Assembly (NCBI GenBank): GCA_029882335.1
Contig: JAOUKW010000056.1
Coordinates: 1 to 15,466 of the forward strand
Source of the DNA: Candidatus Heimdallarchaeota archaeon
GTDB taxonomy: Archaea > Asgardarchaeota > Heimdallarchaeia > Heimdallarchaeales > Kariarchaeaceae
DNA length: 15,466 nt
Direction of reading: 5' to 3'
The notes below the pieces were generated by a model. It did not search any database, was not told the DNA's origin, and saw only the letters and a list, made by a program, of their open reading frames with translations. Both the position numbers and the translations under genes were made by a program. Position 1 is the stretch's first letter. Every line of letters begins with the position of its first letter. Shown here one piece after another: positions 7,445 to 15,395 of this stretch.

Positions 7445-8416
7445 ATGGTACACATACCGTTTAATGAAGATATTTTAATTTGGGTTGCAGAACATCGATT
7501 TTACTTGCTAACCTTCATTATGTCATTTTTTACTCATATAGGTAGTATTGAAGGTTATATCCTATTGATCTGTGGTATTCACTGGTTGTATAATAAAAAC
7601 GTTGGTGTGAGAGCAGGTGTTGCACTTTTGATTTCTGCGATATTAAATCATACACTCAAGATTATTATTAAAAATCCAAGGCCATTTATAGAATCTGGAG
7701 AAACTGATAAGTACTGGGCCAAACCATTTCTAGAAGCAGATGAATCTGAACTGGGTTATTCAACACCTTCAGGACATGCAATGGGATCTTCTACTTTTTT
7801 TAGTTATATTTATTTAAAGAATAAATCAAGAAAATCACTCATAATATCATTCATTTTTATTTTTATGATCGGAATTTCAAGACCATATTTAGGTGTGCAC
7901 TACCTTGAGGATGTATTATTGGGTTGGATGATTGGCATACTAGTTACTTTACTTGTCTTTAAGGTAGAACCTGTAATTCCAACTATTTGGAATAAACAAA
8001 GTGAATCAGTAAAATATATAATACTTCTAGTACCTGCACTACTAACAACAATTATTTCAGGTGTAGTAACAAATTATTCTGAGGATGGAACTGCATATGT
8101 TACACTTAGTGGAATATTAAGCGGTGCATTATTTGGATATGTCTATGAATTAAAAGCAAATGACTTCGATGAGGATTACGATGAGGTTTATATTGGAATA
8201 CTGCGATATATTTTAGGAATAGTACTAGTATTTAGTTTTCAAATTGGTTTAGATGAAATATTTGCAATTATTTCTGATGATTATTCTTTATTAGGATATA
8301 TCTTACGGTTGATTCGATATTTTTTAATTGGTTTTTCAATAACATACCTTGCCCCATTTCTCTTTGTGAAGCTAAATTTAGCAAAAACACGGATAGAAGG
8401 CAATAAATCAGAATAG
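7445..8416 (+). CDS. PAP2-family membrane phosphatase (phosphatidic-acid / undecaprenyl-PP phosphatase-like) with an extra C-terminal multi-TM extension.
   Basis: All three PAP2 signature motifs are present: KIIIKNPRP (Kx6RP), PSGH (TPSGHAMGS) and SRPYLGVHYLED (SRx5Hx3D). About 150 additional residues with 3-4 hydrophobic helices follow the core. Confidence 0.88.
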   Translation: MVHIPFNEDILIWVAEHRFYLLTFIMSFFTHIGSIEGYILLICGIHWLYNKNVGVRAGVALLISAILNHTLKIIIKNPRPFIESGETDKYWAKPFLEADESELGYSTPSGHAMGSSTFFSYIYLKNKSRKSLIISFIFIFMIGISRPYLGVHYLEDVLLGWMIGILVTLLVFKVEPVIPTIWNKQSESVKYIILLVPALLTTIISGVVTNYSEDGTAYVTLSGILSGALFGYVYELKANDFDEDYDEVYIGILRYILGIVLVFSFQIGLDEIFAIISDDYSLLGYILRLIRYFLIGFSITYLAPFLFVKLNLAKTRIEGNKSE

Positions 8417-8426
8417 ATTATCAGTG

Positions 8427-9320
8427 TTAGTCATCTTCAAGGATGTCTATTGCCTTCTTATTTTTTAATTTACTTAGGGTTGGTTGTTCTGAATGACCTC
8501 GAGTAATGAGATACATTTGCTCTTTTTTTGCCCACACATATCCTTTTTCTCCTTTTGAGAAGTTGTCATGGGGAAATGCGCCTATAGCTAATTCAGTACT
8601 GATATATCCATCTCTTCTTTTAATATGAACCATGCCTGCTTTATCCTTTGTAACTGAATGTTGAACAGTAGCAATATCACCTCTAGAAACATGTTTAATT
8701 GGTACAATTACTGTTTTAGCATAATTTGCGATGATGTAGGCAAACAATTTAGAGATAAAATAACCACTCATAATTGCTAGAAACAGGTTCCAATCTTGCA
8801 AATTATCAATTAATGACCATCCAACTTGACCAAATATTAATGTAAATACTGCAATATTTCCCATCATATAGTTTGATTTCTCTACATGGGCATCATGTAC
8901 AATACCAGCATCAATTTGATCTGGTAGATGATCGAAATGACCTTGCAAGACGGAATGTTCTGTAGAGGTTTCAAGGAGGGAATCACTATTAAGATCGCCA
9001 TCAAAGTCATGACCATCCATATCAAAGTCGGTGTCGGCATCAAAGTCATGACCATCCATATCAAAGTCGGTATCTGCATCAAAGTCATGACCATCCATAT
9101 CAAAGTTGGTATCGGCATCAAAGTCATGACCATCCATATCAAAGTCGGTATCGGCATCAAAGTCATGACCATCCATATTGTGTGAGTCTACATCAGAATC
9201 TTCATCTCCAAGTCCACCTATGATGGTAAATACTAGAAATATCAATCCAAAAAAGAATGAAGTGATGAAGATAATCAACCATACTTCTAGTGGTAATAAG
9301 TTCACAATTAATTTTGTCAT
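8427..9320 (-). CDS. NfeD-like membrane protein (short form, C-terminal OB-fold) with an inserted Asp/His-rich tandem-repeat region.
   Basis: N-terminal TM (LIIFITSFFFGLIFLVFTII), then roughly 5 copies of MDGHDFDADTDFD, then further TM segments. The C-terminal beta-rich segment (GMVHIKRRDGYISTELAIGA...GEKGYVWAKKEQMYLI) is typical of NfeD OB domains. GGAGG SD lies 7 nt upstream. The gene starts 23 bp after the flotillin stop, so this is an operon. Confidence 0.85.
   Translation of the reverse strand: MTKLIVNLLPLEVWLIIFITSFFFGLIFLVFTIIGGLGDEDSDVDSHNMDGHDFDADTDFDMDGHDFDADTNFDMDGHDFDADTDFDMDGHDFDADTDFDMDGHDFDGDLNSDSLLETSTEHSVLQGHFDHLPDQIDAGIVHDAHVEKSNYMMGNIAVFTLIFGQVGWSLIDNLQDWNLFLAIMSGYFISKLFAYIIANYAKTVIVPIKHVSRGDIATVQHSVTKDKAGMVHIKRRDGYISTELAIGAFPHDNFSKGEKGYVWAKKEQMYLITRGHSEQPTLSKLKNKKAIDILEDD
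8999..9180. repeat. Direct tandem repeat, 39-bp unit x ~4.7 copies, in frame inside the NfeD-like gene.
   Basis: Unit catcaaagtcatgaccatccatatcaaagtcggtRtcgg at 8999-9037, 9038-9076, 9077-9115, 9116-9154, plus a partial copy from 9155. The copies are near-identical (1-2 mismatches). On the minus strand the unit encodes MDGHDFDADTDFD. Confidence 0.9.
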
Positions 9321-9327
9321 ATAATTT

Positions 9328-9332
9328 CCTCC
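9328..9332 (-). promoter_or_regulatory. Shine-Dalgarno (GGAGG) for the NfeD-like gene.
   Basis: Minus-strand AAGGAGGAAATTAT-ATG, with a 7-nt spacer. Confidence 0.5.
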
Positions 9333-9343
9333 TTGAATTTACT

Positions 9344-10948
9344 TTAAACAATGAGCTGTCTTAGTTCAGAGAGTTGAATGTCTGGTTTTCCATCTCCATC
9401 AAGATCCAACGCATCAACTATTCCATCACCATCATTGTCAATGAAGGTCACTTGTTCTGGAAAGGGGAAATCTATTGTTCCATTTCCATTCAAATCTACA
9501 CCATTTACATTTCCATCACCATTTAAATCAACAAATGATATTCCTGGTGGTAGTTTGGGGAGCTCTAATTTTAATTTTTCAGGATTCCCATTCTTAGGTG
9601 ATTGTCCGCGAATTGATCTCATTAAACCTTCGAGATCCAATCCAAATGATTTAGCAAGTGCCATTACTTGTAGTAAATTCTTAGGAATAATTCCTAAAGG
9701 CGAATTTTCACCATCTGAAGAATTATTACCACCCATATTTAACCAGTTAATGTCACCTACTTTCATTGAACTTGCAATATTTGGTAATTGATTTACAAGT
9801 TCTTGCAATATCATAGCTTCATTCACCATACCTTGTGCTTTTACTTTTTCTCTCAGACCTTCTGCTTCAGCAAGTAAGATTGCCTTTTTACCCTCTGCTT
9901 CTGCCAAAAGTGATTGTTTCTTTGCTTCGGCTAGCTTGATCTCAGCTTGGGCATCCATATCTGCTGCAAGTAATTTTGCTTGTGCCTCAATTTTGATTGC
10001 CTCCGCTGTAGCTTCTGCCATTAGTTTTTTCTGCTGTGCCTCTACTTGGATATTTTCGAGTATGTGTTTTCTCTTTTTAGCTTCTGCCTGTAATTCAATC
10101 TCCATTAACTTTGTTTCAGCTTCTACCTGAAGTTTTTCCTTTTCAAGAGTGGCAATTTTTACTTCTCGGGTTTTCTGGAGTTCTTGTACAGTTCTAAGTC
10201 TTTGTTCTTCTTGATGATTCATTTTCTCTGTTTCTTGAACAACAACTTTATCTCTTTCTAGTTCTGAGATTTGTACTTCTTGTGATGAAAGAGCTCTTGC
10301 TTTTGCAATTTCTTTTTCTGTTTCTATCTTCTTGTTCTCTGCATTTAGCCTGGCTTCTTGTTTGTATTTTTGTTGAAGGTCCTCAAAAAGGTCTACATCT
10401 AATACATCTACATGTCTAATTTCTGCAGTATTTATTTTAATACCCATTGGACCTACCACTGTAACTAATTCAGCAACTAATGCCTCTATTATGAGTGATC
10501 TCTCTCTGAGAACTTGATCCAATGATAATCTTGCTACGGTTGTTCTAACTATACTTTCCACCAATCTTGATATTGTCTCATTAATGTGTGTCATTACACC
10601 TGATCCTTTATTACCAGATAAACTCTGATAGGCAATCTCTGGGTTCTCAATTCTCCATAAAACAAATCCAATAACTCTAACATCTTGGTTTTCTGCAGTG
10701 ATAACCTCACCAGCGTTAACTTCTAATTGTTGTACTGTAGTAGTTAAAACAATTAATTGGTCGATTAATGGAAGGACAAAGTATCCTCCACCATATCCAC
10801 TGTTCTTCAGCACACCATTTCTAAATCGAAGCACAAAATCCTGATTTGTGAATTTTCTGTATCGACTTTTTATAATAGCTATGGTTGCAGTCATAATAAT
10901 GAATGCACTAAGTGCAATCGTTAATCCGGTTTGAAATTCCTTTACCAT
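9344..10948 (-). CDS. Flotillin-type SPFH/band-7 membrane scaffold protein with a C-terminal calcium-binding (DxDxDG) repeat tail.
   Basis: N-terminal TM (LTIALSAFIIMTATIAII), an SPFH domain (about aa 50-230) and a long Glu/Ala/Lys-rich coiled coil with flotillin-style EA repeats (LLAEAEGKKAILLAEAEGLREKV). The C-terminus reads DLNGDGNVNGVDLNGNGTIDF...DNDGDGIVDALDLDGDGKPD, i.e. four DxDxDG loops. AGGTGA lies upstream of the ATG. Confidence 0.9.
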   Translation of the reverse strand: MVKEFQTGLTIALSAFIIMTATIAIIKSRYRKFTNQDFVLRFRNGVLKNSGYGGGYFVLPLIDQLIVLTTTVQQLEVNAGEVITAENQDVRVIGFVLWRIENPEIAYQSLSGNKGSGVMTHINETISRLVESIVRTTVARLSLDQVLRERSLIIEALVAELVTVVGPMGIKINTAEIRHVDVLDVDLFEDLQQKYKQEARLNAENKKIETEKEIAKARALSSQEVQISELERDKVVVQETEKMNHQEEQRLRTVQELQKTREVKIATLEKEKLQVEAETKLMEIELQAEAKKRKHILENIQVEAQQKKLMAEATAEAIKIEAQAKLLAADMDAQAEIKLAEAKKQSLLAEAEGKKAILLAEAEGLREKVKAQGMVNEAMILQELVNQLPNIASSMKVGDINWLNMGGNNSSDGENSPLGIIPKNLLQVMALAKSFGLDLEGLMRSIRGQSPKNGNPEKLKLELPKLPPGISFVDLNGDGNVNGVDLNGNGTIDFPFPEQVTFIDNDGDGIVDALDLDGDGKPDIQLSELRQLIV

Positions 10949-11308
10949 ATTTCATTTCACCTTGTGTTTAATTAGCTATATAGTTAATATAATATGATAT
11001 TTTGTTTTATATCATCATATGCTTATACTATTTACTATGTTTCTGTATAAATATTCTCGTGGCAAATAATAAATACATTCTATATATTATATATATTATA
11101 TATATAAAATGTATAATTTGATATAAGCTCTGTAATCAACTGAAATACTATAATTACTAATCAAAGCATTAATTTCTTTGCAGAAGTATAAATGTCAATG
11201 TAATTTGATTGTAATCAAAAAATCACTTAATGTGTAAATATGTTGATGTTTTTATGTATTTGTGTGAAAAAATCAATAAATCAGTACTAGGGAGTTATAT
11301 ATAATAAA

Positions 11309-12088
11309 ATGAAATTTACCATAATGGGAATATCAACTCGTATACAAATGTTGAATCCTTCCTTAAGGCCTTCTAATGCCAAAACTAGGTCATCTCAGAA
11401 ACAAAAAACACTACCAAAGAAACAAACCAAAAATAAAATGAGTGAGACCTTTCAAAATAAAAGTATATATTTCTACCGCATTTTATTACACGTATTTGCA
11501 TTCACAATGGCCGTGACAAGTTTAGTTGCATATGACCCTGTAACTCTGACAGGCTTTATATTAATCCCACTAATACTCTGGATTACCCATAAATCCATCG
11601 TTAATGGTGTAGAGATATTTATTCAGATATCTTTCTTTACCATACGTTTTTTCCATTTAACTACTGCATCTCTACTCGATGGATTCACTGAACGACCCTA
11701 TCAAACTTCAAAAGGAAAAAAAATAATTCCTGAATTGAATAAATCGCTATCAGCTAAAAAGACTAATTCAAAAACAAATAAAGGAAAAATATACATCACA
11801 GAGAAAAAATACAATGAGGTTAAAAATAGAAAAAATGTCTCACTATTAAGGGGTATTATCTGTCTAATTGTATTAGTTAGTTCGATTCTTTTTATAATTT
11901 GGCTGGTTTTATTGGTTCTGAATACTAATCTTGAAGGATATGTGAATGATCCTGGTATTCCACCATTGATACGGAATTATTTCTTCTTTATTGTAAATTT
12001 CAAGGTTTTTTTTATATTTCCTATATTCGGGCTGATACAAGAAATATTTGGGAGTATTCGTATAGGTGGGATTAAACTTATCAAATAA
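11309..12088 (+). CDS. Hypothetical orphan membrane protein with basic low-complexity segments; the start codon is uncertain.
   Basis: ORF of 259 aa containing Lys/Ser/Thr/Gln-rich stretches (PSNAKTRSSQKQKTLPKKQTKNK; KKTNSKTNKGK) and 4-5 hydrophobic helices. Alternative internal starts (MGIS..., MSETFQNK...) are equally plausible. No similarity was recognised. Confidence 0.45.
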   Translation: MKFTIMGISTRIQMLNPSLRPSNAKTRSSQKQKTLPKKQTKNKMSETFQNKSIYFYRILLHVFAFTMAVTSLVAYDPVTLTGFILIPLILWITHKSIVNGVEIFIQISFFTIRFFHLTTASLLDGFTERPYQTSKGKKIIPELNKSLSAKKTNSKTNKGKIYITEKKYNEVKNRKNVSLLRGIICLIVLVSSILFIIWLVLLVLNTNLEGYVNDPGIPPLIRNYFFFIVNFKVFFIFPIFGLIQEIFGSIRIGGIKLIK

Positions 12089-12296
12089 TAAATAAGTACT
12101 ATTAAATTTGAATTACTTTTGTTAATAATCGATTAAAAGTGTGATGAGTTCTTCTTTTATTTGTTTTCATAAGCTTAAAATGAATCCAAAATATTAAATT
12201 ACTATAATTAAAGAAGCAACTTAAAGGTATTTATAATAATGGAATAATTAAAATACCATTTTTACAATATAGTATCTAATTTAATGGTGAGTAAAA

Positions 12297-14240
12297 GTGA
12301 TAAACAAAAATAAGTCCATCTCGGATAGAAATTCATTTGGATTAAATAATTTGGACTTGGATTTATTGTTGCAACATATTCCCACTGCCATCGCAATATT
12401 TGATACCAAGATGAGATATATTGCCTGTAGTGATCGTTATCGAATTGAAAATAATATTGAAAATCAAGACATTGAAGGAAAAAGCCATTATGATATATTT
12501 CCAGATATCCCTAAAAAATGGAGAGAAGTTCATCAAAGATGTTTAGCTGGATCTTCTGAAAGTGCTATTAGAGATGTTGTCGAACGAAAGGGAATAAAAG
12601 AATGGATTACATGGAGTGTTATTCCTTGGTACCATGCAGATAATGAGATTGGTGGTATAATATTATTTACAGAAAGCTCCACCGAATTAGTTACGAAAGA
12701 AAATGAACTACAAGAAAGCAAGGAAATCTTTCAATTTGCTGTTGAAGCAGCTAATCTAGGTATTTGGGATTGGAATATTGAAACAAACGAGGTGTTCTTC
12801 TCTACCCAATGGAAAAAAATGTTAGGATACACCAACGATGAAATATCTAATAACTACAACGAGTGGGAAAGATTGGTTCATCCTGATGATAGGAATAAAA
12901 TTTTGAGTGTGTTGAATGGTTATTTAAAAGGTGAAAGCAATAAATATCAATCAGAACATCGTTTACTTTGTAAAGATGGATCATACAAATGGATATTAAC
13001 CAGTGGAAAGGTAATTTCCAGAAATAGTAAAGGAGATCCAATACGAGTGATGGGTATTCATAGTGATATCAATCAGGAAGCAATGGAAAAACTGAAAAAA
13101 GAACAATCAAATAAAATGGAAGTAATTGGGATGTTAGCGGGAGGTGTTGCACATGATTTTAATAATCATTTAATGGTTATCCAGGGTTACAGCGATTTAA
13201 TTGCAGATCAAATGGTTCATAATACTTCCATTCTGGATAATATTTTTAAAATTAGAGAAACAGTTGATAAAGTGAAAAAATTAGTTACAGAGTTATTAAC
13301 TGTAAGTAGTAATCAGATTATTAATCAACAGGTTTTATCCATAAATGATGTGATATTAAGATCGACAAAAACAATTGACGACCTATTAACTGATCATATA
13401 AAAATGAAATTGCAACTTGAGGGAAAGGGATTCATTAAAATCGATATGGGTCAATTTGAACAAATCCTTGTCAACCTCACTTTAAACTCACTAGAAGCTA
13501 TGTCTGCTGAAGGTGAAATTCTAATCAAGACTAAAAATATTACTATTACCTCGGACAATCAGCAACATTATCAATTTATGAATATTGGTGATTATATTGA
13601 ACTGACTTTCTCTGATACTGGAGTAGGAATGAGTCAAGAAGTACTTGATAAAATATTTGTTCCATTTTATTCAACAAAAGAAGGTCAAAATAGAGGTTTA
13701 GGATTATCTACTGTATTTGGTATTGTCAATCAAAATAAATGGGAATTAGTGGTTGAATCTACAATTGAAAAAGGAAGCACATTTACATTCTTTATCCCAA
13801 TTACAGATGAGCGAATTACAAAAACAACTATAATGAGGAATCCCATATATTCCAATGTGGGAAAGACGACTATATTATTGGTTGAGGATAATACTGATGT
13901 ACGGGAAATAATTTCGTTATCATTAAGAAGAAAAGGCTATGAAGTGCTTGAGGCGACCAATGGGGAACAAGCATTAAAATTATTTGAAAAAAATCGATCT
14001 TCTATTCATGTTACTTTAACAGATGTAATGATGCCAGTTATGGATGGAGAGGAATTGGCTTTAAAATTACTCGAATTAAATTTTAATAATATCATATTTA
14101 TGTCTGGATTTGACAAACAAATATTTTCCAAACAAAGGTTGAGAGATGAGAATTTGATCTTTTTATCCAAGCCATTATCCATTAAAGATTTACATAATAC
14201 AATTCAGGAACTAATCAGTTTAAAGTCCTTATCTAATTAG
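12297..14240 (+). CDS. Soluble hybrid sensor histidine kinase: PAS-PAS-HisKA-HATPase_c-receiver.
   Basis: GTG start with GGTGA 7 nt upstream; the first in-frame ATG would truncate PAS1. PAS1 is about aa 20-130. PAS2 is about aa 145-260 (NLGIWDWNIETNEVFF...HRLLCKDGSYKWILTSGKVI). The H-box is GGVAHDFNNHL (His286). The ATP-binding region carries N, G1 (DTGVGM) and G2 (GLGLS) boxes. The receiver has ILLVEDN...LTDVMMPVMDG...LSKP (Asp576). No TM segments. Confidence 0.92.
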   Translation: MINKNKSISDRNSFGLNNLDLDLLLQHIPTAIAIFDTKMRYIACSDRYRIENNIENQDIEGKSHYDIFPDIPKKWREVHQRCLAGSSESAIRDVVERKGIKEWITWSVIPWYHADNEIGGIILFTESSTELVTKENELQESKEIFQFAVEAANLGIWDWNIETNEVFFSTQWKKMLGYTNDEISNNYNEWERLVHPDDRNKILSVLNGYLKGESNKYQSEHRLLCKDGSYKWILTSGKVISRNSKGDPIRVMGIHSDINQEAMEKLKKEQSNKMEVIGMLAGGVAHDFNNHLMVIQGYSDLIADQMVHNTSILDNIFKIRETVDKVKKLVTELLTVSSNQIINQQVLSINDVILRSTKTIDDLLTDHIKMKLQLEGKGFIKIDMGQFEQILVNLTLNSLEAMSAEGEILIKTKNITITSDNQQHYQFMNIGDYIELTFSDTGVGMSQEVLDKIFVPFYSTKEGQNRGLGLSTVFGIVNQNKWELVVESTIEKGSTFTFFIPITDERITKTTIMRNPIYSNVGKTTILLVEDNTDVREIISLSLRRKGYEVLEATNGEQALKLFEKNRSSIHVTLTDVMMPVMDGEELALKLLELNFNNIIFMSGFDKQIFSKQRLRDENLIFLSKPLSIKDLHNTIQELISLKSLSN

Positions 14241-14332
14241 AATTTATATGGATACTTCGAAATCTTACAATAAATCTTGTTTACATTTCCTCTGAAAATA
14301 ATGATTTCTAAGTGAATAATGGGTTTTGTACT

Positions 14333-14863
14333 TCAACTTTTTAGCAAGTGACTAAATTGCTTACGAAATTTTATTACCTTTGGTTCAACCACAAATTTAC
14401 AATATGGTTGATTCGGATTATTTACGAAGTAATTTTGATGATACTTCTCTGCTTCATAAAATCGATCCAAGGGCGTAACTTCAGTGACGATTGGATTTTT
14501 CCAGATCTTTTGTTCTGTAAATTCATTTATTATTTTTTCTACAATCTGTTTTTGTTCTTCATTTTCATAAAGAATTATAGATCTGTATTGAGGTCCTACA
14601 TCATTTCCTTGTCGATTTAGAGTTGTAGGGTCATGAATTGATAAAAAGATGTTTATTATTGTTTCAAATTTAATTTCATCAGCATTGAATGAAATTTTTA
14701 CAATTTCTGCGTGCCCTGATTTTCCAGAGCAAACTTCCTCATATGTTGGATTTTCTTTCATTCCTCCAGCATAACCAGAGATTACTGATGTAACTCCAAT
14801 TAATTCCACATAAACTGCTTCTACACACCAAAAACATCCTCCTCCTAAATATGCGGTACTCAT
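14333..14863 (-). CDS. msrA: Peptide methionine-(S)-sulfoxide reductase MsrA.
   Basis: N-terminal GGGCFWCVEAVY (the catalytic GCFWC motif), HDPTTLNRQGNDVGPQYRS, and EKYHQNYF near the C-terminus; 176 aa. Confidence 0.95.
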   Translation of the reverse strand: MSTAYLGGGCFWCVEAVYVELIGVTSVISGYAGGMKENPTYEEVCSGKSGHAEIVKISFNADEIKFETIINIFLSIHDPTTLNRQGNDVGPQYRSIILYENEEQKQIVEKIINEFTEQKIWKNPIVTEVTPLDRFYEAEKYHQNYFVNNPNQPYCKFVVEPKVIKFRKQFSHLLKS

Positions 14864-14999
14864 CTTTTTAATATAATATATTGCAATGTTATATACCTAA
14901 CGAAAAGGGAGCTCACAAGTTGAAATAAAATAATTTATATTGATTTGTTAATAGAAATAATATCGATATTTTAATTACAGGTAAATGATAGGTTGAATT

Positions 15000-15395
15000 A
15001 TGGGTAGTAAACATTCTGTTCGATTTGATGTTCGATTTCGAGATACAGACGCCATGGGACACGTTAATAATGCTGTATTTGCTACTTATTTAGAATCAGT
15101 ACGAATTAATTGGTATAACTCATTAGAGCAAAGTAAAATTCCAGAAATGATACTTGCTAGATTAGAAATTGATTATAAATTACCAATAAAGATTGAGCAC
15201 AAGATTCAAGTGGATATGTGGGTATCGAAGATTGGTACTAAATCATGGACTTTTGAATATGAAATTATGGATTATACCAACAATCAAACTTTTGCTATTG
15301 CAAAAACAGTGATAGTATGTTATGACTATAAAGAACACAGATCAATTCCTATACCTGAATTCATGAAGTCTGAAGTTGAAAAACTTGTCATTTAA
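15000..15395 (+). CDS. 4HBT/YbgC-family acyl-CoA thioesterase (hot-dog fold).
   Basis: The N-terminal VRFRDTDAMGHVNNAVFATYLE matches the 4HBT/YbgC signature (DxDxxGHVNNAxY, catalytic Asp17); 131 aa, a typical size. Confidence 0.88.
   Translation: MGSKHSVRFDVRFRDTDAMGHVNNAVFATYLESVRINWYNSLEQSKIPEMILARLEIDYKLPIKIEHKIQVDMWVSKIGTKSWTFEYEIMDYTNNQTFAIAKTVIVCYDYKEHRSIPIPEFMKSEVEKLVI

Noticed and set aside
8999-9180. The tandem repeats as a possible CRISPR array.
   Set aside because: Units are directly adjacent with no unique spacers. They have a 39-bp period that is a multiple of 3 and lie inside an ORF. No cas genes or leader are present.
8882-9185. ORFs 8882..9172 (-) and 8928..9185 (+), with repetitive 'MVMTLMPIPTLIW' / 'IKVMTIHIKVG' translations.
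   Set aside because: They are alternative-frame and antisense read-throughs of the 39-bp tandem repeat inside the NfeD gene. The NfeD frame is the one with membrane and OB-fold context, an SD and operon partners.
9378-10130. ORFs 9378..9791 (+) and 9936..10130 (+), which are Ser/Pro/Ala-rich.
   Set aside because: Antisense to the flotillin gene. The antisense of EA-repeat coiled-coil DNA naturally gives open Ser/Ala-rich frames.
11080-11112. The TA microsatellite / AT-rich tract as a terminal repeat of an insertion element or an integration site.
   Set aside because: No transposase, integrase or flanking direct or inverted repeats are present in the window. It is more simply an AT-rich divergent promoter region.
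12533-13041. ORFs 12533..12721 (-) and 12847..13041 (-).
   Set aside because: Antisense within the PAS domains of the hybrid histidine kinase.
14348-14620. ORF 14348..14620 (+).
   Set aside because: Antisense inside msrA, which has the unmistakable GCFWC motif.
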